Part shown: positions 50,701 to 60,529 of the stretch, piece by piece
Position numbering within the stretch: the stretch's first letter is position 1
How the letters are laid out: every line of letters begins with the position of its first letter
IMG/VR virus record: IMGVR_UViG_3300009705_000015
Coordinates: 1,016-65,015 of that record
Source of the DNA: a virus
Taxonomy: Duplodnaviria > Caudoviricetes
DNA length: 64,000 nt
Strand: one strand, 5' to 3'
Notes under the pieces: generated by a model
Told to the model about the DNA's origin: nothing
Seen by the model: the letters and a program-made list of their open reading frames with translations, nothing else
Databases searched by the model: none
Translations under genes and position numbers: made by a program

Positions 50701-53700
50701 TTCGACTCCCAAGAGCGATAACTTCTCCGCATATCCAACATGGTCGAAACTGATGGCGAACACACAGGCTCGCTCGTTGATTTTGATGTTCACCGATGTC
50801 AAAGAGGATGAACAAACAGGACTCGCCAAGCGTGGGCGAGCGTTGTTTGATATTCGATGGGAGACCATTCCTATGGGAGATGGAGAAGTTCCAGATACTA
50901 TCGCCAACCAAATGTGGGTTGATGGAGATACTTGGTGGTCAGGTGCAAGAATCTCATATTGGTATGCCGAATCTGGACAACAAGCAATTCCAATCACATA
51001 TGGTTCATATCCCGATTGCCGAATGACTTTTGCACATTTACCACGTTCATTGCCATTCATCGAAAATATAATTATTGGGTCCAATACGGTTGGAACTATC
51101 CGTTCTGGATTCCCGCAGATTCAGCCGATTACCACAGCACGAACTTTGAGCGTTGCTTTGCCATTTATCAATGCAAATCTCGGCCAGCCTGTGAGCGCAT
51201 GGTCGGTTGAGCGCATTGCGTTTTTGACATTGACTCGGTTCGTGGCAACGACAATCGGCTTTGCTGACTTTGGCTCTGGTGCGAATCCTCACCAAGAACT
51301 TGGGTGGTCTGGTTGGTCATTCCCTCGTGGCCTCTATGACCCAGCAGCATTCGGAGATAACACTTTATTCTTTTCAGATGCGCCAGAATCAACAGAAGCA
51401 GAACCACCAATCGGTGGTGTCATTGTTCCAACCGAGCAAGGGATATTCGCTGGATTCGGAGATATTATTGACGATAATGCTGGAGGGGCGAATCCATACG
51501 CACCAGCATTTGCATATTCTCTCGATTGTTCAGCCATCACATATCCTGTGAACCTTGAATCATTCAGAGCATACAAAGCCGGTGGAACAGGAGAACAATT
51601 GTTGAATCCACCAAGAACCTGTGGTGGTTTGACAGAAGTTCTCGCCAACATAATGGACCCAGCGCAATCGACTTATTTTGCTCTCGACCAAGAATATGTC
51701 AACACCGGAGAGCCTCCATTCCAGATTATTGGAACTTCATTGGTGAGAACATACAACCCCTTCAATCCTCCAACGATTGAAGCGCAGATGCTTTGGACTT
51801 CAATAACTCTTGGTGGAACTACAATTCCATTCGTGTTTCATGGAACAGAAGGCCACCGATTGATGCGGGGTGGACAAGGTGGATGGTCGCATCACGGACC
51901 CCTCCACTATGGAATCTCAACCAAATTGCATCCATACCGTGTCGATAGAGTCTTCAAACAAGTTCACGGTGGTGTTGGCTACAATTTGCCGATTCATTTG
52001 CTCAAGCCTCCTGCTGTCCATGTGCGAGCGAGAGCCGGAGGGCGCAATTCTCTTGAACTTGAAATGGAGACTCCATTCCACCGAACTGACAACATTCACT
52101 TGCTCGGTGCTGCGACTTTCAACACCGGATTTGAACTCGGTGGGGAATCTCCAGCAGGTCAAGCACGACCCGTTGCTGGTCAATACTTCTTGCGAACTAA
52201 TCTATGGGATAAACCAATGTGGCCAACGGGTGGTGCAAAGCCAGCCAAGACTCTTGGGCTTGGTGCATACACGAGAGTTCACGGACCCATTGTCAGTGGC
52301 TCATATGGGCTTGAGGCATTCTGGTCAGACCATCCAACCGACCACTTTCATGCTGCGGCGATACCAATTCTCCCCAACACCGATTATGACCTATCTATGA
52401 TTCAAAATAGCCGATACTCACCAATGATGCTTGGTCGAATCAAGGAAATGAGTCGGCACGATATGATTGCTGTGTCAGAACAATTGATGTCGTCTGTTGA
52501 CGTTCATGTATCGAAAAGTTCTCGACCAATGTGGGATTCTGGCGGAATCGTATCGGCTCAAGGTATTGGGTATAAGGATGCGGTTGCGGGTCCATACATG
52601 ATTCAAACACAATCCTCGATGGATGGTGAGAACTTGAAGGGTCCGGCGACTATGGCCGGTGGTTCGGGTCCACAGTGTCTCGGTCATGGCCAACGTATAG
52701 TCAGAACTCCAGATGGAACTCTTCACCAATTCCAATTCCACAGGTCGGTTCAATCTGGGTCGCTCAATCTCCCCCAATGGTGTCATTTGAAAAAGCCAAT
52801 TCATGCGGATTTGTTTTACAATCGCAGAGCAATGAAACCAGACCAAGACGCTGCGGTGTTCGGTGGCAAGGATGAATGTGGACCCACATTGGCATCCGTT
52901 GGTGCTGGGATGAGTCAAGGTGAATACCATAAAGGCCGAGTCATGGGGGCTGCGTTTTGTTCCGATTCAAATGGAACTCTCCATGCGGTTATTGAATATC
53001 ATCCAAATCCAAATGATGTGCCAAGCCATCAAGCGCATGAACTGTATTATCATAAGGCTGAAAGAACCATGTCAACATACAATCCAGAACCCGTTTATGA
53101 TTGGGATTGGTCAGTTCACACACCCGTGTTGATTCAATCTGGATTGACAGGAACAACAGAATCGGGAGGAACTCGATGGGATTTGAGGCAACCATCTCTC
53201 GTGTGCGATTCTCAAGACAAATTGCATCTCGCCGTTGTCCAAGTTCTATCCACCGTTGGTGGTTCAGGATTGCCTCAATCGACAAGGATATTCTATACTT
53301 GTAAATTGGATAGTGAACCATCATTCGCCGATTGGGTTCCATTGGATTCCACAGCACGGCCTGACGACAATAGGTGGCAATTGGTTCACGGCTCGATTCC
53401 TGATGCTGGCTATACTACGCTCAACCAAGCATCGGTGGGTCCACATTACACCAATTTCAACGCAGAGCCAAAGGTTTGTCTTCGTGGCGACAACCTGCCT
53501 GTTGTATTTTATCGAGGTTTTCCAATCCAATCGTTTGGAATTGCTGACAGGAACTATTCGGCGATATATGCCAACATAGGAATAAGCCCAAATGTATTGT
53601 CAAACGACCCATCAGGGAGATACGCATTCGACACCAAACGATGTTATCATGTGGTTGGATTGCCACCAGATGCAAAGAATACTCTTGAGCCATACAATGT

Positions 53701-54631
53701 CGTGTATTATGACGCAATCATAGATGAGCGAGATAGAGCATTGGTCGTGTCGTGCAAGGATGATAGAGACACCTCGTTGGCCAAAACATTCGCACCAAGA
53801 CAAACACTTCTCACCGTCTTTGATACTCGCAAGACACTTGCTGAACAATACGATGCAATCAATGGACTTGGCAATCACATAACGGTCTGGCGTGGACCCG
53901 TGTATAATGGAACAAGCGAACTGAAAGCCGTTGACCCATCATATCGAGATTTGACTTTAAGCACGGATGGAAAAGGCAACATTCATCTGGTAATGACTTT
54001 CAGTATGATTGGCGAAGACGATGGGAGACTCGGAGAAGTGTATCGAGATGCTGCTTCTCCACAGGTCAGACAATCGGCGCTGGGTCCACTTCAATGGGCG
54101 GCGACTCCAACGGGCAAACTGAACGTCAGCGGGGTCGAAACCCCATATCTGGGTGGATTCATCAAGCCAAACATTTCACCGAATTGGTCTGGGGCGGTTG
54201 TTCCACCATATCCACCATACATGGATTCAACCACAGGCCGTGAATATCAACATATTTTGCATTGCTGGATTCCGTCGATTGAGTTCGACACGACTGCGAA
54301 CGTATTACGCTCAATCAATATCCGCTGGCTATCCGTGCCATCTCTCCGATGGGATAACGCCAACAACACTTGGAGTCCTGTTGGCTCGGCTCAAACAATG
54401 GCCGGTCAAGAGGATTTTCCACACCATTCGACTCAATTGCGCTATCAACGATTCTGGGGATATGATGCGTCAGAGATTGATTTGAGATGGTTCACCAACG
54501 AAACCTCATGGTATCGAACAGGACATAAAGGCGCAGATTTGTATTATCCATCGGCTGGCGGAGTTCAAATGCAAATGGGAGATTCTCAAACGAAAGGTGA
54601 AGGAATCGCAGGTTATCCAGACGGGCTGTGA
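47720..54631 (+). CDS. giant (about 2300 aa) putative tail/receptor-binding protein
   Basis: Uninterrupted Pro/Gly/Thr-rich ORF with SD..G.LH-like propeller repeats near the C-terminus; start uncertain. Confidence 0.7.
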   Translation: MPPAPAITPSTGMPVDTVDMIPPIGSRGLPLTLVFHDSIDDTIADAANSRMALWDEAVWTPRATNAVGASGTVINPKGVVPSTTTFDKSSYPPTPTNLGMEQIPRAFGLRIATTAPRLNHARGHLLQGQTGQDIGASRHYPEQVKGTCGFGGLSITEAGQFTSHPTEGYTSARAGNHTWSQTSRSQTSQFDQMAGMPFVEGTFSSTESTWIGGPQVANIAHSVAGDIPSNGLGIIYGDKHNSQFQTTLVSSPILSTATTCGIAFTEDEHTFSSHWVINLRTDQPFVETGQDISMPDGLTGWSVMGQASARHANAAFSGEDTIQQILTHDAISNGTAPPQSKENTTLGRVDLGASVVVDSAGLIGYEGVIVASAFFAPTRDTDPTQIQGAISNDTTSKGYAGINIQVHSGMTARRNQTPLIDTGPEPYLYGTDGLVVMPMTDMVKTYAGRGIGHTVPASTNANNTWVRNFGRVRDDGSGLPSQAPAVGDTTAKPFGNGLIERKGAGRATKIVGSNACSVGSPESIDLEYSTGRWIADGVPTKVQVIPSIVGYTDVVVAAGAAKLAANPAAPNQTFRKPIVDYHVLVSVIDPNNVPAAVADTDPANTNIGQPTNRNAPMSNRLHIDANYQDIPCTIYHAIFRIDPTNLEQIFIESGAGVMAGLDATNFDCKASIIPRHSFTDGEYAQQGWGLHQATPFRPIALADSNTRIPKLCAAIEAGGFYQRGGISHLWDASIYEGELFVGADFIDSHDLCVATGTKDGHTTFGVFGNGQIWPDGTPSPQRPKGTELMVWRYSPTLDPLWTKDTTFASNPIKDMFPKSVVSVAYDTSCDTMTRASTDLLNISRTAIGIGAVWNLHDWVMPQIEMMRYLGREEKDAVVHPLSSQAASPPLPIYHPTLHCSSLRIMEDGRMAMAAVHIDYIKTENDYPAVDIKYPLNPDLDTGGCPAGYYQSGGKCIPLDGGQSDNPSGYGSDPASGDVVPEPTGAPSPVNGSGGSTPKSDNFSAYPTWSKLMANTQARSLILMFTDVKEDEQTGLAKRGRALFDIRWETIPMGDGEVPDTIANQMWVDGDTWWSGARISYWYAESGQQAIPITYGSYPDCRMTFAHLPRSLPFIENIIIGSNTVGTIRSGFPQIQPITTARTLSVALPFINANLGQPVSAWSVERIAFLTLTRFVATTIGFADFGSGANPHQELGWSGWSFPRGLYDPAAFGDNTLFFSDAPESTEAEPPIGGVIVPTEQGIFAGFGDIIDDNAGGANPYAPAFAYSLDCSAITYPVNLESFRAYKAGGTGEQLLNPPRTCGGLTEVLANIMDPAQSTYFALDQEYVNTGEPPFQIIGTSLVRTYNPFNPPTIEAQMLWTSITLGGTTIPFVFHGTEGHRLMRGGQGGWSHHGPLHYGISTKLHPYRVDRVFKQVHGGVGYNLPIHLLKPPAVHVRARAGGRNSLELEMETPFHRTDNIHLLGAATFNTGFELGGESPAGQARPVAGQYFLRTNLWDKPMWPTGGAKPAKTLGLGAYTRVHGPIVSGSYGLEAFWSDHPTDHFHAAAIPILPNTDYDLSMIQNSRYSPMMLGRIKEMSRHDMIAVSEQLMSSVDVHVSKSSRPMWDSGGIVSAQGIGYKDAVAGPYMIQTQSSMDGENLKGPATMAGGSGPQCLGHGQRIVRTPDGTLHQFQFHRSVQSGSLNLPQWCHLKKPIHADLFYNRRAMKPDQDAAVFGGKDECGPTLASVGAGMSQGEYHKGRVMGAAFCSDSNGTLHAVIEYHPNPNDVPSHQAHELYYHKAERTMSTYNPEPVYDWDWSVHTPVLIQSGLTGTTESGGTRWDLRQPSLVCDSQDKLHLAVVQVLSTVGGSGLPQSTRIFYTCKLDSEPSFADWVPLDSTARPDDNRWQLVHGSIPDAGYTTLNQASVGPHYTNFNAEPKVCLRGDNLPVVFYRGFPIQSFGIADRNYSAIYANIGISPNVLSNDPSGRYAFDTKRCYHVVGLPPDAKNTLEPYNVVYYDAIIDERDRALVVSCKDDRDTSLAKTFAPRQTLLTVFDTRKTLAEQYDAINGLGNHITVWRGPVYNGTSELKAVDPSYRDLTLSTDGKGNIHLVMTFSMIGEDDGRLGEVYRDAASPQVRQSALGPLQWAATPTGKLNVSGVETPYLGGFIKPNISPNWSGAVVPPYPPYMDSTTGREYQHILHCWIPSIEFDTTANVLRSINIRWLSVPSLRWDNANNTWSPVGSAQTMAGQEDFPHHSTQLRYQRFWGYDASEIDLRWFTNETSWYRTGHKGADLYYPSAGGVQMQMGDSQTKGEGIAGYPDGL

Positions 54632-54730
54632 AAATTGATATTGAACTCAATATCCAATTACCAAATACATCGAGGAACAAAACCATTGAGATTCCGAACA
54701 TACTATAAGGGGGAACTCCCACGACTGTAT

Positions 54731-55003
54731 ATGAGCAGCCAATACCTCCGCACATACTTCAACGAGCGCAACCTCCCAGAACGCATCATCACGGTGAACT
54801 TCGTGTATGACTTTGGCGACAGGTCAGCAATCCACATGATTGAATCCTCCGCTGTTATCGACATGGTTCTCAATGTTGCACCAGCAAAAGAACAAGAGAA
54901 CATCGCAAACATGATTCGCAAAATTGAGTTCTCAAACCCAAACGCAATTCACGGATTCATTGACCACTTGGCATATTGCTATGTGGACATGAACTTCTAT
55001 TGA
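54731..55003 (+). CDS. hypothetical protein (class A cassette)
   Basis: cattgagattccgaacatactataaggggg upstream. Confidence 0.65.
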   Translation: MSSQYLRTYFNERNLPERIITVNFVYDFGDRSAIHMIESSAVIDMVLNVAPAKEQENIANMIRKIEFSNPNAIHGFIDHLAYCYVDMNFY

Positions 55004-55018
55004 AAATAAAAAAAGGAG

Positions 55019-55426
55019 ATGAACAGAATGACATACGCAGTAAAAATGATTAACAGACAACCAGACTATGAAGCCGAATACCCTCACACCGTTGAGGATG
55101 GAATTATGCACTATCGTGGATTCAGCACATTCCCAGACCAATCTGGGTTTTATGGCGATGATATTGATTGCATCACGACCTTCGTTTGCCGAACTACTGA
55201 CCTTCGTGTCGCTATGGCGGACAAGCCACGAGGCTGGACAGTCATGTCATGCCAACACCCAATGCAAGGCGATGAGAAGGGCTACAAGCAACGCCCATAC
55301 TTCTTCGTTCCTCAAACTGACAAGTTCATCGCTACGGCTGAATCGAACCTCGCTGAATCCGACTTATCGGACTCCGACAAAGACGAGGTTCGTGCGCTCT
55401 GGGAATCATACGGATGGTTCGCTTGA
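55019..55426 (+). CDS. hypothetical protein
   Basis: ORF with AGGAG upstream. Confidence 0.6.
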   Translation: MNRMTYAVKMINRQPDYEAEYPHTVEDGIMHYRGFSTFPDQSGFYGDDIDCITTFVCRTTDLRVAMADKPRGWTVMSCQHPMQGDEKGYKQRPYFFVPQTDKFIATAESNLAESDLSDSDKDEVRALWESYGWFA

Positions 55427-55625
55427 ATTGATATTCTGATTTGATACTCAATAAGCATTGATAGAAGCCCTGCAATCCATCTGCATCATTAGCCCCCCAT
55501 AGGGGGGCTATATCAATCAATCAAACCCACAGGGGTGTTAGAACACATATACGATAGTCAATATGTATGTGTATGAGCATAGGGGGTGATTCCATTGATT
55601 AAGGTGGGATGCTGGTGTCTTGGAT

Positions 55626-57371
55626 ATGGCAATCGTGAGAATCGACATTCCCTCTCGTGCAGAACTGCCCGATGAATGGGAACAAGTCAGACCGCACTTT
55701 CCGATGCCAGCCCCAAGAAAATATCAAGACGATGCGTTGTCGGTTATGTATTGGGCTTTGGATAATGACGACTTCGACAACATCGTGATTGAAGCACCCA
55801 CAGGAATCGGCAAATCAGCAATCGCTATGACCGTGCAAAACCGTTTTCAATCCGCATACCTCCTGACTCCATCTCTTGGCCTTGCAGACCAATACAAGCG
55901 TGATTATGGCCATGCCTTGAAAGAAGTCAAAGGCCGTTCCAATTTTGCCTGCTGGGTTAATTCTGGAACTGCCGATAAGGGTCCATGTTATGTTGGCAAG
56001 AAGCGGTGTCCACACACCAAAGAAGCCGACCCTTGTCCGTATTATGCACAGAAGTTCGAGGCTGTAAATGCAAGAATCACCCTTTCAAATCCAGCATATT
56101 TATTCCGAGTTATCAAATCCCCAGACCAATCATTTGGTCAACGAGACTTCGCCATAATCGACGAGGCTCACGGCATGGAGGGATTCCTGATGGGCTTGAT
56201 GGAGGTTCGTGTCAATCAAGTGGATTTCAACCGTGTGTTTGGGGCAAAGACTCCATTCCCAATGCACTATCACCCAGCCGATTGGGTTGACGATATAACC
56301 AAATTGCACGAGGGTGCGACGAAGACTTTGACAAGTGCAGAAGAGGATGAGAACGTGAATCTCGTGGATGAAATGCGAGGAATTATTTCACGAACTGCAA
56401 CATTGCTGGAATTGCTTGCTGTGCCAAATGATGTAGTGGTCGAACTCGACCATGACAGAAGAGGCAACCGAGTTCTCATTGTTAAACCGATTCGAGTCAG
56501 CAAATTAGCACCGGATATATTGGAGTCAATAAGCCGCCAGCGGATATTTATGTCTGCAACAATTCTCAATGTTGACGAGTTCTTGGCTGGGCTTGGACTC
56601 TCCGACCAAAAGACTCTCTTCATCCGAATCACAGAATCGCCATTCCCAAAGGAGAACTTCAATGTTCACTATGCACCAACAGGCTCAATGTCATATGCTC
56701 GCCGTGAGAAGTCGATTCCTCGTCAGGTCAAGGCAATCGCAGCAATCATGGAGAAGTGGCCAGATAAGCGAGGCGTTGTCCTCCCTCACACCCATGCAAT
56801 CCGCAAAGGATTGGTCGAGGGGCTACAAGCAGCCGGTCTTGGAGACCGAATCATAACTCACGATTCAAACGGCCATGCACGTTCACTTGCGCTTGATAAG
56901 TTCTTCACTTCAGAGCGTGATGATTTAGTTCTCATTTCAACCTATGTCGGCGAAGGATTCGACTTCAAGGGCAGGCTGGCGGAATGGTTGGTCATATCCA
57001 AAATACCATATCTATTCACACCAGACCCACAGGTCGCTCAAAGGATGGAACAAGACGAGCATGAATGGCGAAGAGAACACGAAGGCACACCTAAATGCCC
57101 CTATGAACCTCCGAACAAATACAGTGGAAATCTATGCTCATCATTCACTTGTCCTAAACCATGTCAATCGTGGTTCAATGTGGCAACCACTTTGAAATTG
57201 GTTCAAGGTGCTGGGAGAATCAACAGAACTCCAGATGATGTTGGCCACTTGTTCATCCTCGACCAATCGTGGGAACGCTATTATCGACTAAACGGACATC
57301 TCTTGCCTTCGTGGTTCAGGAATGCAATCCAACCAGCACCAGCGTGGTTGAAACGCCATCTGGTGTTATGA
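55626..57371 (+). CDS. Rad3/XPD/DinG-family SF2 helicase
   Basis: EAPTGIGKS, KGRSNF.C, Cys cluster ending CPYY, IIDEAH, MSAT, EGFDF, QGAGRINR. Confidence 0.93.
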   Translation: MAIVRIDIPSRAELPDEWEQVRPHFPMPAPRKYQDDALSVMYWALDNDDFDNIVIEAPTGIGKSAIAMTVQNRFQSAYLLTPSLGLADQYKRDYGHALKEVKGRSNFACWVNSGTADKGPCYVGKKRCPHTKEADPCPYYAQKFEAVNARITLSNPAYLFRVIKSPDQSFGQRDFAIIDEAHGMEGFLMGLMEVRVNQVDFNRVFGAKTPFPMHYHPADWVDDITKLHEGATKTLTSAEEDENVNLVDEMRGIISRTATLLELLAVPNDVVVELDHDRRGNRVLIVKPIRVSKLAPDILESISRQRIFMSATILNVDEFLAGLGLSDQKTLFIRITESPFPKENFNVHYAPTGSMSYARREKSIPRQVKAIAAIMEKWPDKRGVVLPHTHAIRKGLVEGLQAAGLGDRIITHDSNGHARSLALDKFFTSERDDLVLISTYVGEGFDFKGRLAEWLVISKIPYLFTPDPQVAQRMEQDEHEWRREHEGTPKCPYEPPNKYSGNLCSSFTCPKPCQSWFNVATTLKLVQGAGRINRTPDDVGHLFILDQSWERYYRLNGHLLPSWFRNAIQPAPAWLKRHLVL

Positions 57372-57439
57372 ATATGAATGGTTTGGTGTGCTAAGTGGAG
57401 AACAGAAGTATTGATAAGGGTGATGGTGGTGCGACAAAC

Positions 57440-57598
57440 ATGAGCGACAAAGAAGCCGACGAACAATCCCGCCGCATGGCTATTGCAGAAAGCGGAATAT
57501 ACCGTTCTATGAAACAACATAAAGAAGCACAGAAAAAAGGCGCAGACCTGTATGACAGGTTTGCTAAAATGATTGCTGAAAGAGATGGAGATGAATGA
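57440..57598 (+). CDS. small hypothetical protein
   Basis: ATG after ttgataagggtg. Confidence 0.5.
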   Translation: MSDKEADEQSRRMAIAESGIYRSMKQHKEAQKKGADLYDRFAKMIAERDGDE

Positions 57599-57923
57599 TA
57601 TGTTCCACTCACGCCTATACACAGCCCGAATTGAAGAACTGAAAAATGTTGAGATTAAATACACTCCAGACGGTGAACCGCACTACAACACATTGAACCA
57701 TTGGAACAATGAGGATTGGTTTGGTTCACTTTGTAATGTATCTGGAACAGGAAAATACCGATTCAACCAAGTGGGAACTGACGGATTCGCATGGAGTCAA
57801 ATGCGATTCAAGAACAAAGACGATGCGATTGCATACCTTTGTCATGGAGTCCAACGATACTATCAAGTCAAAGAAGGCGACGGACAATATGAAGTTCGCA
57901 CATACTACATGGAGGGATATTGA
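57591..57923 (+). CDS. hypothetical protein
   Basis: Coupled ORF. Confidence 0.55.
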   Translation: MNDMFHSRLYTARIEELKNVEIKYTPDGEPHYNTLNHWNNEDWFGSLCNVSGTGKYRFNQVGTDGFAWSQMRFKNKDDAIAYLCHGVQRYYQVKEGDGQYEVRTYYMEGY

Positions 57924-58173
57924 AATGCAAAAGACAATCGTAGTCATTATTGACGGTAAAAAAGAAACCGCTGAAGGAGATGCTGGTCTAATTGAGACCC
58001 TTGCCGATTGGGCGAGCGTGAATGGATATGGACACTATATCTATGACCACACATTGACAAATACCACAGGAGATGAAAGCAAATGAAATGGACAGTTAAA
58101 TTGAATGGGAATATAGTATTCCAGAGCGAATCATTGCACGAATGCACGAATCATGTGAACAAGAATATCAAGC

Positions 58174-58488
58174 GTGTCAATCAACATCAAAAGGTCAGCA
58201 TCAGCAGACTCGCACACGAACAAGGAGATGAATGAGATGTTTAAGTGGATATTAAAAAAGCAATACGATTGCATGGGGTGGGTCTCCGATAATGATGGAG
58301 AAGTCATGGTTGGAAAAACCGACGAACATAACGATTCAAATGTGCTGGATTGGTTCATGGGGAATATCCATGAAGCCGATTCCATATCCAACATGGATTT
58401 CATCAGGATTGATTCTTGCTGGAGATTATTCAACCACTTTGACTTCAAAGACCGTGAAGTATTTTGCCACGATATGGGTGGTGTTTGA
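58174..58488 (+). CDS. hypothetical protein
   Basis: ORF in a dense operon; start uncertain. Confidence 0.45.
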   Translation: MSINIKRSASADSHTNKEMNEMFKWILKKQYDCMGWVSDNDGEVMVGKTDEHNDSNVLDWFMGNIHEADSISNMDFIRIDSCWRLFNHFDFKDREVFCHDMGGV

Positions 58489-58709
58489 AATGACGACACG
58501 ACACACCTTGAAAGGATGCAAAATAGATGCGAACTTTCATCGGGTTATATCTGATGAAATAGACAGATTGTTGTTGCTTGCGAATCAACGAATCGTGCCG
58601 GTTGAAGTGGCACTTGGTTCGGTTGAATTGGCAATAGAGTTCCATAAGGATGATGATGGATTGCCGATTGAAAACCAACCATTTATGACAATTACAATCA
58701 ACAAAGAGG

Positions 58710-59837
58710 TTGAATGATATGAGCGCACTTCTCACCAGACAGGCTCGCCGCTGGAAATCCCAACAGGTTGCTCACGATATGCCACACGAACTCTATGAGG
58801 CATTGGCATCAGGCCGAGCAAAGGCATATGAACGCCGTGTGATTCGCAATCTGGCAAAGGTTTCAAACATCATTTCAGATGATGGTGGCATTCGCAGTTA
58901 TGATGATTTCAGCACCGATTGGAATTACTCTCGCTCGGTCTTTGGCCACACCAACAAATGTGAATTATGTGGCCACGCACCAATCGTGGAGAACTGTGTT
59001 TTAGTCGATGAAGTCAATGGCACTGAAATAATGATTGGGAACACCTGTGTTCACCGCTACATCGAGATTCGAGACCCAGCAACAGGTCGAGTATTGAATG
59101 ACAAAGAGAAGTCGGCATTCCTGAAAGAGAACATGACCAAAGCAAAGGCCGAGTTCAAGAAGCAAGAGTTCGCAGCCTCATATCCAAATGTTATGAATGA
59201 CTTGAAGCGATATGAGTCAATGATGAACTCTCGAAAGGTTTCAAAGTCATTGGCCAGAACAGTTCTCAATCGGATAGTCAAGTATGGCTTCTTGGGTCCA
59301 AAGCAACGCCGCCAATGGGATGATTTCATGTTCGATGCAGAGAAAGAACTCTCCGCATACAATGTGCGTATAACGCAACGCAAGGCAGAAGCAAGAATGC
59401 GAGCCGAGCGCAACCACGAAGCATCGGCGAACTTCGCTCAACAGATAGCAAAGAACCGCAATCTATGGGCTGCAGAAGCAGAAACATTCATCGAATTGAG
59501 CATTGACATTGAAGACGAATTAAATGCTTGGGAGAAGGAGATGGTTGGTCGAGTCCAAAGTAAAATCCGAGATGAGGGAGGTATCGCCGCATTGCGTGGA
59601 GGTTATCTCCGATTCCGTGAAGAACTCGTTGCTCGCCATATGATTGCCAATGGTCTTGATATTCCATTGCCACCCGTTGCAGAACGTCTAATGGCCTTGA
59701 AAAACACAGGAAAATTGAACAAGTGGGAGACCGATTTCATCCAATCTCTGATGGGGCGATTCGCTCAAGGCCGGTCAATATCGACAGGTCAACAGACCGT
59801 TGTTGACAAATTATTATCGAAGGAGGTGAAGGCGTGA
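58710..59837 (+). CDS. hypothetical protein with Zn-binding motif
   Basis: CELCGH...IGNTCV; LN.WE..F/M motif occurs twice. Confidence 0.7.
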   Translation: MNDMSALLTRQARRWKSQQVAHDMPHELYEALASGRAKAYERRVIRNLAKVSNIISDDGGIRSYDDFSTDWNYSRSVFGHTNKCELCGHAPIVENCVLVDEVNGTEIMIGNTCVHRYIEIRDPATGRVLNDKEKSAFLKENMTKAKAEFKKQEFAASYPNVMNDLKRYESMMNSRKVSKSLARTVLNRIVKYGFLGPKQRRQWDDFMFDAEKELSAYNVRITQRKAEARMRAERNHEASANFAQQIAKNRNLWAAEAETFIELSIDIEDELNAWEKEMVGRVQSKIRDEGGIAALRGGYLRFREELVARHMIANGLDIPLPPVAERLMALKNTGKLNKWETDFIQSLMGRFAQGRSISTGQQTVVDKLLSKEVKA

Positions 59838-60049
59838 TTCCAGATTTACAATACTATATGATTGACTTCTGCGAACCCACCTTGAGTCCTGAACTTTTCA
59901 GAGCAATAAACGGTCAAGTTCTCAATGTCATGGTTCAATACGCTCATTCACAGGGCTGGATGATTGTTCCAATGGGGGATTCCAGACCAAGCGGTCAACA
60001 GATGAATGCCAAACTGCAATACCCAGCACGAATGGAGGATGGGCGATAA
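59834..60049 (+). CDS. small hypothetical protein
   Basis: GTGA-coupled ORF. Confidence 0.45.
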   Translation: MIPDLQYYMIDFCEPTLSPELFRAINGQVLNVMVQYAHSQGWMIVPMGDSRPSGQQMNAKLQYPARMEDGR

Positions 60050-60529
60050 TGTCAGGCTGGAAAAGTTATACTTGTAAATTATGCAAGCGGTCTTTCAAGG
60101 GCATCAATCGACACATTGCTGGTGTCGGACATTCCCTATCCAAAGGTGGATATTGCTGTGATAAATGCAACCGTTCTCACGTTCTCCCAGCACGAATGAA
60201 AGGCGAACATCTATGACCGATTTGACCTCAAATGAAATCCCACCAGCAATGGTTTTTGCTTGGGATGGTGAAGACCAATTGCGAGATATTCATTCGGCAA
60301 AACGCTCGCATTCTGTTTGTCCAACCTGCAATGTCATTGCTGAAATCTGGGAGTTCCGATTGGAACCGATTGAACGCCATCCGAATTATTTGAGAGTTCA
60401 TCGTGGCAAACATTCCTGTGGAATCCATTTGGCATCGGTGAATCCGATGCGATTCGATGGCTGGACAATTAAAGAACAGAACCATTGATATACCGAACCT
60501 CTTATAAGGGGGGATGCTCACGCAAGGAT

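Noticed and set aside
32415-54631. Diversity-generating retroelement acting on tail genes
   Set aside because: No reverse transcriptase and no adenine-mismatched repeat pair seen.
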